Part shown: one piece after another, positions 7,545-16,231 of the stretch
Layout of the letters: each line of letters starts with the position of its first letter
Position numbering within the stretch: the stretch's first letter is position 1
Assembly (NCBI GenBank): GCA_002763225.1
Contig: PFAI01000028.1
Span: 1 to 47,021 of the forward strand
Source: Candidatus Diapherotrites archaeon CG10_big_fil_rev_8_21_14_0_10_31_34
GTDB lineage: Archaea > Iainarchaeota > Iainarchaeia > Iainarchaeales > 1-14-0-10-31-34
DNA length: 47,021 nucleotides
Reading direction: 5' to 3'
Made by a program: the position numbers and the translations under genes
Notes under the pieces: model-generated
Databases searched by the model: none
What the model saw: only the letters and a program-made list of their open reading frames with translations
What the model was told of the DNA's origin: nothing

Positions 7545-9289
7545 TTAGCTTCCTCCTGTAATTTAACTTCTTTTATTTTTTTAAGTAATTCTTTTTCTTC
7601 TTCATTTAATATTCCTTGGCTGTTTTCCAGTTTTTCCATGTCTTTTTCTGAAATAAAACTAATTAATTCATCATTGTTTTCTATTCCTCTTCCTAGTACG
7701 GCATCGCTTATTGAGATTGCTACTTCTTCTCCTTTTGATGCGTTTTTTATTGTTTCTCCGTTGTTTTGTATTCCCTGAACTTTTCCGACTATTTTTCCAT
7801 TTTTCATTAATTTTGTTCCTGTTTTTAATTTTCCTTCCAGTATTTTTGCTCCGATTATTACTGGTTTAGCATTTCTGAAAACATTTTCCGGCATTAATTT
7901 TATTTTTACCGGAAACACTACTTCAGCTAAAAAATCTTTTTTTGCTTTTTCTTTTTCTTCAATAACCCATTTCTCGTATTTTTCAATTAAATTATAAATT
8001 ATTTTTTCATTGAATATTTTTATTTCATTTTTTTTTGCTTCTTCTATTGCTTCTGGATTAATTTTTGTGTTAAAAGCCAGAATTACTCCTTGAATTTTGT
8101 CTTTTTCTTTTACTCCTTCTGCTTCAATTACATCTCTTCTTGTTATTTCGCCTACATTTGCTTTTCTTACTTTGATTCCTTTTTCTTGTAATAATTTTAT
8201 TGTTGCTTCTAATGACCCTAATGTGTCTGTTTTGATTATTACTCCGTTTTCTTCTGAATCAATTTTTATTGACTGAATTTCTTTTTTGATTTCTTCTATT
8301 TCTTCTTTTGTTGCTTTAACTATTAAAGGTGAGCCGGCTAATGCATTTTCTAATCCTGGTGCAGCAATCTTTAATCCTGATGCAGCATGAACTTCTTTAA
8401 CTGAATCAAATCTTTCTTGCGGTGCACTAATTTCATCTAATGGTTTTGGCAGCAGTAATGCCCTGATTTTTGTTTCAATTATTCCTTGTTTTCCTGCTAA
8501 AACAATTTGGTCTCCTGTTCTGATTGTTCCGTCATACAAAATTACATCAATTGTTTTTCCCAAGCCTTTTTCTTCTTTTACTTCTAATATTGTTCCTTTT
8601 CCTCTTCCTTTTACTTCAATGTTTAATTTTTTTTCTAAATATTTTTGGCTTAATCCTGCTAAAAACATCAGTACTTCAGGAAAGCCTTCTCCTGTTTTAT
8701 TGCAGATTGGGATTATTGGAATTTCTTTTGTGAAATTCTGTATTCTGTCAAATCTTTCAGTTAAAAAACCTTTTTTGTGGGCTTCTCCTACAATGCAGTA
8801 AAGTTTTTTGTCTAATTCTTCCAGCAATTCTTTGCTTTGGTTTTCTTTGTTTTCGGTAAAACTTAATTTTTTTGAATCCCATCCCTGCATTTTGTCTATT
8901 TTAGTCATTGCAATGATGAAAGGAACTTTAAATGCCTTTAAAATATCCAAAGATTCCAGTGTTTGTTTTTCGCATCCTTTAATGCAGTCAACTGTTAATA
9001 CTGCCAAGTCTGCAATGCTTCCCCCTCTTTTTCTTAAATTAGAGAATGCTTCGTGCCCTGGGGTGTCAATAAATAATAATCCCGGAATCTTTAATTCAAA
9101 CCCGTATTTTTTTGTTAGTTCTCCGGCCAAATTTTTTACTATTTCAATTGGAACTTCTGTTGCACCAATATGCTGTGTTATTGCTCCTGCTTCCTGTGAA
9201 ACAATTTTTGTGCCTCTAATCATGTCTAAAAAACTTGTTTTTCCTGAGTCGACATGACCTAATACAGTTATTATTGGCTTTCTAATCAT
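7541..9289 (-). CDS. infB: Translation initiation factor aIF5B (IF-2)
   Basis: LGHVDSGKT, EAGAITQHIGATE, DTPGHEAF, DTLGSLEA. Confidence 0.98.
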   Translation of the reverse strand: MIRKPIITVLGHVDSGKTSFLDMIRGTKIVSQEAGAITQHIGATEVPIEIVKNLAGELTKKYGFELKIPGLLFIDTPGHEAFSNLRKRGGSIADLAVLTVDCIKGCEKQTLESLDILKAFKVPFIIAMTKIDKMQGWDSKKLSFTENKENQSKELLEELDKKLYCIVGEAHKKGFLTERFDRIQNFTKEIPIIPICNKTGEGFPEVLMFLAGLSQKYLEKKLNIEVKGRGKGTILEVKEEKGLGKTIDVILYDGTIRTGDQIVLAGKQGIIETKIRALLLPKPLDEISAPQERFDSVKEVHAASGLKIAAPGLENALAGSPLIVKATKEEIEEIKKEIQSIKIDSEENGVIIKTDTLGSLEATIKLLQEKGIKVRKANVGEITRRDVIEAEGVKEKDKIQGVILAFNTKINPEAIEEAKKNEIKIFNEKIIYNLIEKYEKWVIEEKEKAKKDFLAEVVFPVKIKLMPENVFRNAKPVIIGAKILEGKLKTGTKLMKNGKIVGKVQGIQNNGETIKNASKGEEVAISISDAVLGRGIENNDELISFISEKDMEKLENSQGILNEEEKELLKKIKEVKLQEEAK

Positions 9290-9719
9290 TTAATTTCAGT
9301 CCTGTTGAACCAAATCCGCCTTCGCCTCGGGAAGTGTCATCTAGTTCTTCAACAAATTCTATTTCAGCTAATTCAATTTTATTAAATACTAATTGAGCAA
9401 TTTTTGTTTTTTTTTCTGCAGTAAATTTTTTTTTTCCGTGATTAATTATTATTACCCCTATTTCTCCTCTGTAACCTGAGTCAATTGTTCCCGGAGTATT
9501 TAAAACAGTTATTCCTTTGTTTAATGCCAAACCAGATTTTGGTCTTACCTGCCCTTCAAATCCTTCCGGAATAGCCACTTTAATTCCTGTTTTAACTAAT
9601 TTTATTTCGCCTGGAAGAATTTCAATTGTTTCTGCTGCATACAAGTCTATTCCTGCATCTCCTTTGTGAGCTAATTCCAGTTTTACTTCTGGATTTAATT
9701 TTTTTACTTGTACTTTCAT
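9282..9719 (-). CDS. dut: Trimeric dUTPase
   Basis: DAGIDL, RPKSGLA, PGTIDSGYRGE, KIAQLV, RGEGGFGSTG. Confidence 0.97.
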   Translation of the reverse strand: MKVQVKKLNPEVKLELAHKGDAGIDLYAAETIEILPGEIKLVKTGIKVAIPEGFEGQVRPKSGLALNKGITVLNTPGTIDSGYRGEIGVIIINHGKKKFTAEKKTKIAQLVFNKIELAEIEFVEELDDTSRGEGGFGSTGLKLND

Positions 9720-9846
9720 TTAATTCCCTTTTTCTTTTTTTTGATTTTAATTTCTTTTTTTATGGTTTTTTTCAATTCTTTAATTTTTTTTTCTTCAATT
9801 TTTTTAACTTATTCTTTTTAATTTATTTTTTTTGTTTTTCTTTTTT

Positions 9847-10410
9847 TTATTTGTGCATTACTTCCCATTCTTTTTTTGTGTATGCATGCAGTTCTTTTTT
9901 GTCAAACCATAAGTTTACTTCTCTGGCTGCCTGCTCTAAGTCTTCTGATGCATGAATTAAGTTTCTTACACTTCTTTGTTTTTCATCAGCTAAATCATAT
10001 GAGTCAACTGTAAAATCCCCTCTAATTGTTCCTAAGTCTGCTTTTCTTGCTTCAGTGTTTCCAATTAATTTTCTTCCAATTTCAATTGCATGGTATCCTT
10101 CAAATGTTATTGCCACTATCGGCCCTTCAGTTAAATACTCTGAATTTTGTGAATGAATTCTTTTTGCTATTTCTTCGTCTGTTTCTTTTACTGTTATTCC
10201 TTTTTTTTCAGCTAACTTTCTTGCATTTTCTCCAAGTTTTTTTGTCCATTCAGGGGTAATCACATAATGTTTGTCTGCTGTTTCTTTTGTTGCCTGAACC
10301 ATTTTCATTCCTGCAATCTTTAATCCTTTTTGTTCAAATCTTTTGATTATTTCTCCAATCAAACCTCTTTGAACTCCATCGTGTTTAACTAAAATCAAAG
10401 TTCTTTCCAT
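9847..10410 (-). CDS. ndk: Nucleoside diphosphate kinase
   Basis: ERTLILVKHDGVQRGLIGEII, GTIRGDF, RNLIHAS. Confidence 0.97.
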   Translation of the reverse strand: MERTLILVKHDGVQRGLIGEIIKRFEQKGLKIAGMKMVQATKETADKHYVITPEWTKKLGENARKLAEKKGITVKETDEEIAKRIHSQNSEYLTEGPIVAITFEGYHAIEIGRKLIGNTEARKADLGTIRGDFTVDSYDLADEKQRSVRNLIHASEDLEQAAREVNLWFDKKELHAYTKKEWEVMHK

Positions 10411-10429
10411 TTAATCACCTATTTTTCTT

Positions 10430-10455
10430 TTTTGATTACTTTTTTTAAAAGTTTA
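10430..10455. repeat. Degenerate AT palindrome copy (rpl24e-ndk spacer)
   Basis: TTTTGATTACTTTTTTTAAAAGTTTA. Confidence 0.7.
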
Positions 10456-10461
10456 TCGCAT

Positions 10462-10650
10462 TTACTGTTTTTTTCCTTTTTTTATTTTATGGTATTCGCT
10501 TGCCCATTTAGTGTTTCTTGGATTCCGCTTTAATTTCAGCAAATTTTTTTCGCATTTGCCTGAACAAAAATTAAAGGTTGTACCCTCTTTTTTTACAAAC
10601 ATTAATCCTGTTCCTTTTTTTATTTCTTTTCCGCAAAAACTGCATTTCAT
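10462..10650 (-). CDS. rpl24e: 50S ribosomal protein L24e
   Basis: CSFCGKEIKKGTGLMFVK...FCSGKCEKN. Confidence 0.97.
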   Translation of the reverse strand: MKCSFCGKEIKKGTGLMFVKKEGTTFNFCSGKCEKNLLKLKRNPRNTKWASEYHKIKKGKKQ

Positions 10651-10664
10651 TTTTTCTCACCCCA

Positions 10665-10788
10665 ACCCGCTTTCGTGCGGGTGTAACGGTGCACCACTTT
10701 CAGTGGTGCTAGCCCCATGCAAAGCACGGTGCCTCGTACTCAACTGCTGAAACAGTTGTTTTGATTAAACTTTTTTTAAAAGTTTACT
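10665..10788. repeat. GC-rich multi-hairpin REP/BIME-like element, copy B
   Basis: Identical to 4025-4148 except A10717 versus G4077. Confidence 0.9.
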
Positions 10789-10996
10789 AAGCTTTGATTT
10801 CTTTTGCTTCTCTTTCAGTTGAAAGCAAAATTATTACGTCTCCTTTTTTGATTATTCCTTTAACATTTCTTCTTTTTACTCTGCCTTGTTCTGGTCCTTC
10901 TAAAATTTTGCAGAGTACTTGGATTATTTCTCCATGAACTCCTGTTCTTTGGATTACTTCAACTACTTCTGCTGGTGTTCCTCCTCTTTCTGCCAT
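10787..10996 (-). CDS. rps28e: 30S ribosomal protein S28e
   Basis: PAEVVEVIQRTGVHGE...RRNVKG...TEREAK. Confidence 0.97.
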   Translation of the reverse strand: MAERGGTPAEVVEVIQRTGVHGEIIQVLCKILEGPEQGRVKRRNVKGIIKKGDVIILLSTEREAKEIKA

Positions 10997-11000
10997 TTAT

Positions 11001-11369
11001 TCACACCTTTTTTAATTCGCTTACTTTTTTTATTACTTCTTCTAGTTCTTTTTTTGCGCTTCCTTCTTCTATTAATGCGATTGAAGCTGTTCCGACTGCT
11101 ATTCCTGCTTTTTCCCCTAGTTCTTTTTTTGTTGAAATAAAACTATAAGGAATTTTTTTTTCTTCGCACAGCAAAGGCAAATGCATTACTAGTTCTTGTG
11201 GAGAAACATCTTCTGCAATAAAAATGATTTTTGCTTTTCCTCTTTCTATTGCTTTAGTTGTTTCATTTACTCCAATTCGAATTTTTCCTGTTTTGGTTAC
11301 TTTTTCGATTAATTCGAATTGCTTTTCTTTTAATTCCTTGCCTACGCTGAATTTAACGTATTCTGCCAT
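11001..11369 (-). CDS. rpl7ae: 50S ribosomal protein L7Ae
   Basis: GKIRIGVNETTKAIERG, IAEDVSP, HLPLLCEEKKIPY. Confidence 0.98.
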   Translation of the reverse strand: MAEYVKFSVGKELKEKQFELIEKVTKTGKIRIGVNETTKAIERGKAKIIFIAEDVSPQELVMHLPLLCEEKKIPYSFISTKKELGEKAGIAVGTASIALIEEGSAKKELEEVIKKVSELKKV

Positions 11370-11378
11370 TTAAAATCA

Positions 11379-11418
11379 ACCTCCTTGCAGCCATTTATGG
11401 CTGTTCATTGTCATCGGC
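11379..11418 (-). promoter_or_regulatory. Putative double kink-turn L7Ae autoregulatory 5'-UTR covering the SD
   Basis: Minus-strand RNA CC-GAU-GA-C-AAU-GA-A-CAGCCA-UAAA-UGGCUG-C-AA-G-GA-GG. Confidence 0.65.
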
Positions 11419-11488
11419 AAAATGAGACTTATTAAAACGTGTGAAAAAAGCTTTTTAAAGGTATTTTAGAGGGATAATTTGAGGTTTT

Positions 11489-13183
11489 TCATTTATGGGT
11501 AAACCATAGCGTAATGCTTTTTTTGTTTATTTCATCTATTCTGCAGTAACCAAAGGATTCCAGCTGAACTGTGTTTCCTGTTTCTTCTTCAAGAATTTCT
11601 TTGTCTATTATTCCGTGTTTTTTGGTTGAATCATCCATTATTATTTCTGCATTGGTTTCAGATAAAATCCAGTTAATTAAAGGCTTGTTTTCAAGTTTTT
11701 GTATTCCAGTGAACTCGCCAAAAATTTGCATTTCGTCTTTTCTAATGACTCTGAAGTTTAGTGCATGCTTTAATCTCGCAATTTTTCCTATTTCTAATTT
11801 TTTAACATCTTTTTTTGAAATCAAAAAACTTTGTGTTCCTGCTTTTAATCCATAAACTCTTACTTGATCAGGGTAATCAGGATGCAATGGCTTTTCTATT
11901 TCCATTTCAGGAATAAAATTCACTTCTAACCTGATTGGCTCTTCAATAAAATAATATCTGTCTGATTTAGAGTCAATAAAACTTTTGTTTAAGTCAATTA
12001 TTCTGTTAAAATCAATTGTCACATCAGAGCTTTTTACTCCAATTTCTTTAATTATTTCTTTGATTGTTTTAGCTGAAAAACCTCTTCTGCGAAGCGCTTG
12101 AAGTGTGCCTAATCTTGGGTCATCCCATCCTTTATACATTCCTTGTTCTATTCCTTCTTTTATTTTTGAAGTGCTTAACACCATTTCTTTTAGTTTGATT
12201 CTTCCTGTGTGAAATGTATGCGGATAAATCCATTTGAAGTAGTCATACAAGAATTTTTGTTTTTCAGCGTTTTGTGCATGTTCTTGCCCTCTGATAATTA
12301 GTGTTACTCTTAGTTCATGGTCGTCTATTGCTGAAGCAAAATTATATGACGGCCATACATGATATTTGTCTTTTACCCTTGGGTGCTCTGGATTATCAAC
12401 TATTTTTGCTGCCCACCAGTCTCTTAAAGAAGGGTCTTTTGAATTCAAATCTGTTTTAATTCTTAGTACTGCTGTTCCTTCTTTTATTTCATGTGAAAGC
12501 ATTTTATCAAATTCTTTTGCTTGTTCTTTTGCATCTTTTTCCCTGCAACTACATCCTTTATTTTGGTCAATTAATTCTTTCCATTTTTCTTTTTCACAAA
12601 AACAAACATATGCTTTTCCCATTGAAATAATTTTTTTCATAAAAGCATAATATACTTCCATTCTGTCTGAAGCAAAATACATTTCATCTACTTTTACTCC
12701 AAGCCAGTCAAAATCTTTTTTGAATACTATTTCAGGGTTAGCCATTGGTTTTTTTACTTTTGGGTCAGTGTCATCAAACCTTAAAATAAATTTTCCATTA
12801 TATTTTCTTGCATATTCATGAGAATTTAATAAAGCTCTTGCGTTTCCTAAATGAATTGGCCCATTTGGATTTGGAGCATATCTTGTTACTACTTTTTCTT
12901 TGTCTGCCCAGTCTAACTGCATTTCTTCTTTATGTTTTCTTTCAGGCAGTTCATCAAATGAATCAAATGAATTGAATTTTTCTTCTAATTCTTTTTTGTC
13001 CATTGAATTAACTTTTTCAACTATTTCAGTTATTTCTTTTATTTCTACACTTAAATTTTTAGCTAGATTTTTGTCTATTGCCATTAGTTTTGAAATAACT
13101 GCTTTTAGTTCTGCTTTGCCTTGGTGTTCTATTGCATTTTTTACTGCATACTTTAAAGTTAATTGCTTTAAAAGTTCATCCAT
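11489..13183 (-). CDS. gltX: Glutamyl-tRNA synthetase (archaeal type)
   Basis: TRYAPNPNGPIHLGNAR, RFDDTDP, IRGQEH, LSTS, GWDDPRLGT. Confidence 0.98.
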   Translation of the reverse strand: MDELLKQLTLKYAVKNAIEHQGKAELKAVISKLMAIDKNLAKNLSVEIKEITEIVEKVNSMDKKELEEKFNSFDSFDELPERKHKEEMQLDWADKEKVVTRYAPNPNGPIHLGNARALLNSHEYARKYNGKFILRFDDTDPKVKKPMANPEIVFKKDFDWLGVKVDEMYFASDRMEVYYAFMKKIISMGKAYVCFCEKEKWKELIDQNKGCSCREKDAKEQAKEFDKMLSHEIKEGTAVLRIKTDLNSKDPSLRDWWAAKIVDNPEHPRVKDKYHVWPSYNFASAIDDHELRVTLIIRGQEHAQNAEKQKFLYDYFKWIYPHTFHTGRIKLKEMVLSTSKIKEGIEQGMYKGWDDPRLGTLQALRRRGFSAKTIKEIIKEIGVKSSDVTIDFNRIIDLNKSFIDSKSDRYYFIEEPIRLEVNFIPEMEIEKPLHPDYPDQVRVYGLKAGTQSFLISKKDVKKLEIGKIARLKHALNFRVIRKDEMQIFGEFTGIQKLENKPLINWILSETNAEIIMDDSTKKHGIIDKEILEEETGNTVQLESFGYCRIDEINKKSITLWFTHK

Positions 13184-13236
13184 GATTTATTCCTTCAATT
13201 ACTAAATCTGAATAAAATTAGTTTTAATTTTATGCT

Positions 13237-13512
13237 TTAGCTTTTTTTGCAGCAAAACTGGTTGTTTGGACAAAAATTGTCTTTTGTTGTGTATCCTTCA
13301 GCACAGGTTTCTGAAGAGCATATTCCGTTTATTTCATCACAGGTTTTTTCTTTTGGCTGAATTGCTTTTCCAACTGGATCTCCACCAATAACATTTAACA
13401 GTAAAACAGCAGTTAAAATCACTAAGACAAATGTTCCATATCTTTTTGCCTGGCCTTTTTCTATTGCGTCTTTTAATTTGCTTAAATAATTCATTTCTGT
13501 TTTTTCATCCAT
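13237..13512 (-). CDS. Small membrane-anchored protein with a six-Cys C-terminal domain
   Basis: One TM/signal segment followed by C-X6-C-X4-C-X10-C-X5-CC. Confidence 0.8.
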   Translation of the reverse strand: MDEKTEMNYLSKLKDAIEKGQAKRYGTFVLVILTAVLLLNVIGGDPVGKAIQPKEKTCDEINGICSSETCAEGYTTKDNFCPNNQFCCKKS

Positions 13513-13550
13513 AATATCACATTAGTTTTTTGTATATTTAAATTTTACTT

Positions 13551-14276
13551 TTATTTCTCCCATTTTTGGCTGAAATGAGTTGATAAAGCGTCAATTAAAC
13601 TCTTGTTTTGAAGTATTGCAAAATAATATCTTTGCTTTTGTTCTTTGAAGTCATCTAATCCTAAAACAATTTTTTTTCCGTCAATTACAAAAGCATTAAG
13701 TGAATGAACTGAATTTTTTGAAGAAACCGCTGAACCAAAAATTTTGTTTATTTCTTTATCACTGTGAATTAATTGAACATTAACTTTGTTTTTTACTGCT
13801 TTAGCTAAAGCTTCATCCAAAAAAATTCTTTTTTCTTTTATTTCAGTGAAACCTATTACGTTTTTTTTTGCTTTTAAAATCTCTGATGCAAGAATTCTAT
13901 CAAAATCAGTTAAACTTTTCACTCTTAAAACATTTTCTTGTGTTTCATTTATTTCGTTAAATTTTATTCCTTGCTTTAGTTTTAATGCGTTTTCTTCTAT
14001 TTCTTTGAATTCTTTTCTTTTTACTTCAATTAGTTTTTCTATTACTTTATTTGATTCAATTGACTGAAACTTTTTTGGTCTTCCGTGCAAAGGAATAACC
14101 AAACCTTTTTTTTCAAGTTTTTCAAGCACATCATAAACTCTTGTTTTTGGAATGTCTGTGTTTCTGCTGATTTCCGGTGCCTCTAAAGCCCCTTTTTCAA
14201 TTAAAGACAGAATTGCTTTGGATTCATATTCAGTTAAACCCAGTGAATTCAGATAAGAAACAGTTTCAGAGTTCAT
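13551..14276 (-). CDS. TrmB-family transcriptional regulator
   Basis: LGLTEYESK...EISRNTDIPKTRVYDVLEKLEKKGLV...GRPKKF; C-terminal PLD-like region. Confidence 0.93.
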   Translation of the reverse strand: MNSETVSYLNSLGLTEYESKAILSLIEKGALEAPEISRNTDIPKTRVYDVLEKLEKKGLVIPLHGRPKKFQSIESNKVIEKLIEVKRKEFKEIEENALKLKQGIKFNEINETQENVLRVKSLTDFDRILASEILKAKKNVIGFTEIKEKRIFLDEALAKAVKNKVNVQLIHSDKEINKIFGSAVSSKNSVHSLNAFVIDGKKIVLGLDDFKEQKQRYYFAILQNKSLIDALSTHFSQKWEK

Positions 14277-14328
14277 ACTCTAAACAAAGACAGAAAGGAA
14301 TTTAAATTTACTCTTTACAGTGAACTAA

Positions 14329-15354
14329 TTAGGCATTAATCCATTCTCTTAGATTGTCCTGTAAAACAAACTTTTTGTGCTTTAATTCCTCAGTATTTCT
14401 TGCTCCAATTAAAAACATTGAAATAACCAGTTCTTCTTTAAATGAATCCAACAAATTTTCAACTGATTTTTCGTTTCCTGCATTTCTGATAGCAGGAACA
14501 GCTATTCCTGCTAAATCTGCTCCTAATACAAGGCTTTTACACACATCTAATCCATTTCTTATTCCGCCAGAAGCAATAATCTTTTTTTTAGAAGCTTTTT
14601 TTGTAAACAAAACTGAGGCAGCAGTCGGAATCCCAAACTCGCCAAAAACTTCTCCTAATCTTTTTTTTCCATGCAAAATTGAATCAATTTTGACAAAAGA
14701 AGTTCCTCCTCTTCCGGCAACATCAATTGCATTGATTTTAGTTGAATCAAGTTTTTTTGCGGTTTCAAATGAAATCCCGTTTCCGACTTCTTTAACTATA
14801 ACAGGAAAATTGCTTTGTTCAGCAAAATTTTTAATGCTGTTAAAAACTTCAGAAAACCCTTTTGTTTTTGAGTTCTGCATTAATTCCTGTGCAGAATTCA
14901 AGTGAACTGAAACTGCATCAGCCTGTATTTCTTCAGCAAAATCATCAATTTTTTTTGCAGAGTGTTTTGCCAGTTCTAATGCCCCTATATTTGCTTCCAA
15001 AAAAATTGAAGGGCAATATTTTCTTAATTTGAAGAATTCTATTTTAGATTTGTTTTCTAACCCTGCTCTCATTGAACCCAAAGCAAAACCAATGCCTTTT
15101 TTTTCGCATGCCAAAGCAATGTTTTTATTTAATTCAAAAGATTTTTTTGTTCCTCCTGTAATTGGTCTGATGCAAAGCGGGAAAGAAAATTTTTTTCCCA
15201 AAAAAGTTGTTTGGGTTTTAATTTCAGTTAGTTCACAATCCAATAACGGATTATGTATAAGTTCAATCTCTTCGAATAAACTTGTTTTTCTGAATTGGCT
15301 TTCTTTTTTCATTGCAGTTTTTAAATGCAAATCTTTTCTTTTTTCTGTTTTCAT
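14329..15354 (-). CDS. fni: Type 2 isopentenyl-diphosphate isomerase (IDI-2), divergent
   Basis: RKDLH, TGG, GSMRA, ANIG, HLNSAQE, KEVGNG, DVAGRGGTS, ASGGIRNG. Confidence 0.93.
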   Translation of the reverse strand: MKTEKRKDLHLKTAMKKESQFRKTSLFEEIELIHNPLLDCELTEIKTQTTFLGKKFSFPLCIRPITGGTKKSFELNKNIALACEKKGIGFALGSMRAGLENKSKIEFFKLRKYCPSIFLEANIGALELAKHSAKKIDDFAEEIQADAVSVHLNSAQELMQNSKTKGFSEVFNSIKNFAEQSNFPVIVKEVGNGISFETAKKLDSTKINAIDVAGRGGTSFVKIDSILHGKKRLGEVFGEFGIPTAASVLFTKKASKKKIIASGGIRNGLDVCKSLVLGADLAGIAVPAIRNAGNEKSVENLLDSFKEELVISMFLIGARNTEELKHKKFVLQDNLREWINA

Positions 15355-16160
15355 TCAAAAAACCCTATTGAAGCATAAGCTACAACACTTGAATTATCCC
15401 CTGTTGTTTTTCCTGAATTGCTATAATCTATGAGTTCAGCTTTTTTTATGCCTTTCTTTTTGCAGTATTGCATTAAAACTTCTATTGCTGAGTGCCCGCA
15501 AATGCTTAACCTTTCATTTTTAACAAGCTCGTGAAATCCTTTTACATTCATTTTTTTGATTAATTTAATTGCCTTGAAATCGTTTTCTTTTGCTTTTTTT
15601 GATGACAGAAAATGAGTGAAATCGCTTGAAGCAATCACTGAAAACTTTTTTCCAAGAATTTTTTCTGTTTCAATCAATGTTTCTGCCAGTTTTTCAAGTT
15701 CTTCAGAATTTTCTGTCATTAAAGTAATTGGAACAATCTTGAATTCTTTAAACAGATACTGCAAGAAAATCAGTTGAATTTCAATTGAATGTTCTTGTAA
15801 ATGAGCTATTTCATCTTTTTTTGCTTTTGAATTTAATTCAGTTATTTTTTCAACAGCTTTTTTGTCTATTTCTGTTTCTCTTAAAGGAGTAACCCATGTT
15901 CCTTCCGGATAAACTGATATTTTTTCTCCGTAACCAGTGTGATTTGGGGAAAGAATCACAACTGTTTCAGGTTTTTGCATTAAAGAATAAGAATATGAGG
16001 CAGTCTGGCCTGAATAAATTGTTCCTGCGTGAGGTGAAATAAAATAATTAGTTTTTTTTGAAGTTTTTTTCACTTTAGAAAAAAAAGTTTTTAATTGAGT
16101 AATTATTTCTTGTTTGTTTTTTGGATAAAAGCTTCCTTTAATTACTGCTTCTCTTAGCAT
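15351..16160 (-). CDS. MEMO1 family protein
   Basis: GSFYP, PHAG, PNHTG, EHSIEIQ, SSDFTH, ICG; conserved position after rps2. Confidence 0.95.
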   Translation of the reverse strand: MLREAVIKGSFYPKNKQEIITQLKTFFSKVKKTSKKTNYFISPHAGTIYSGQTASYSYSLMQKPETVVILSPNHTGYGEKISVYPEGTWVTPLRETEIDKKAVEKITELNSKAKKDEIAHLQEHSIEIQLIFLQYLFKEFKIVPITLMTENSEELEKLAETLIETEKILGKKFSVIASSDFTHFLSSKKAKENDFKAIKLIKKMNVKGFHELVKNERLSICGHSAIEVLMQYCKKKGIKKAELIDYSNSGKTTGDNSSVVAYASIGFFE

Positions 16161-16231
16161 AATAAAAAAATGGGAAAATGTTTTTTTAAAGAGTGTTTTT
16201 GTTAAAGATTTTTTTTTAAACGGTTGTTTTA

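Noticed and set aside
16197..16228. Possible decayed palindrome copy after rps2
   Set aside because: The stem is not complementary enough to count
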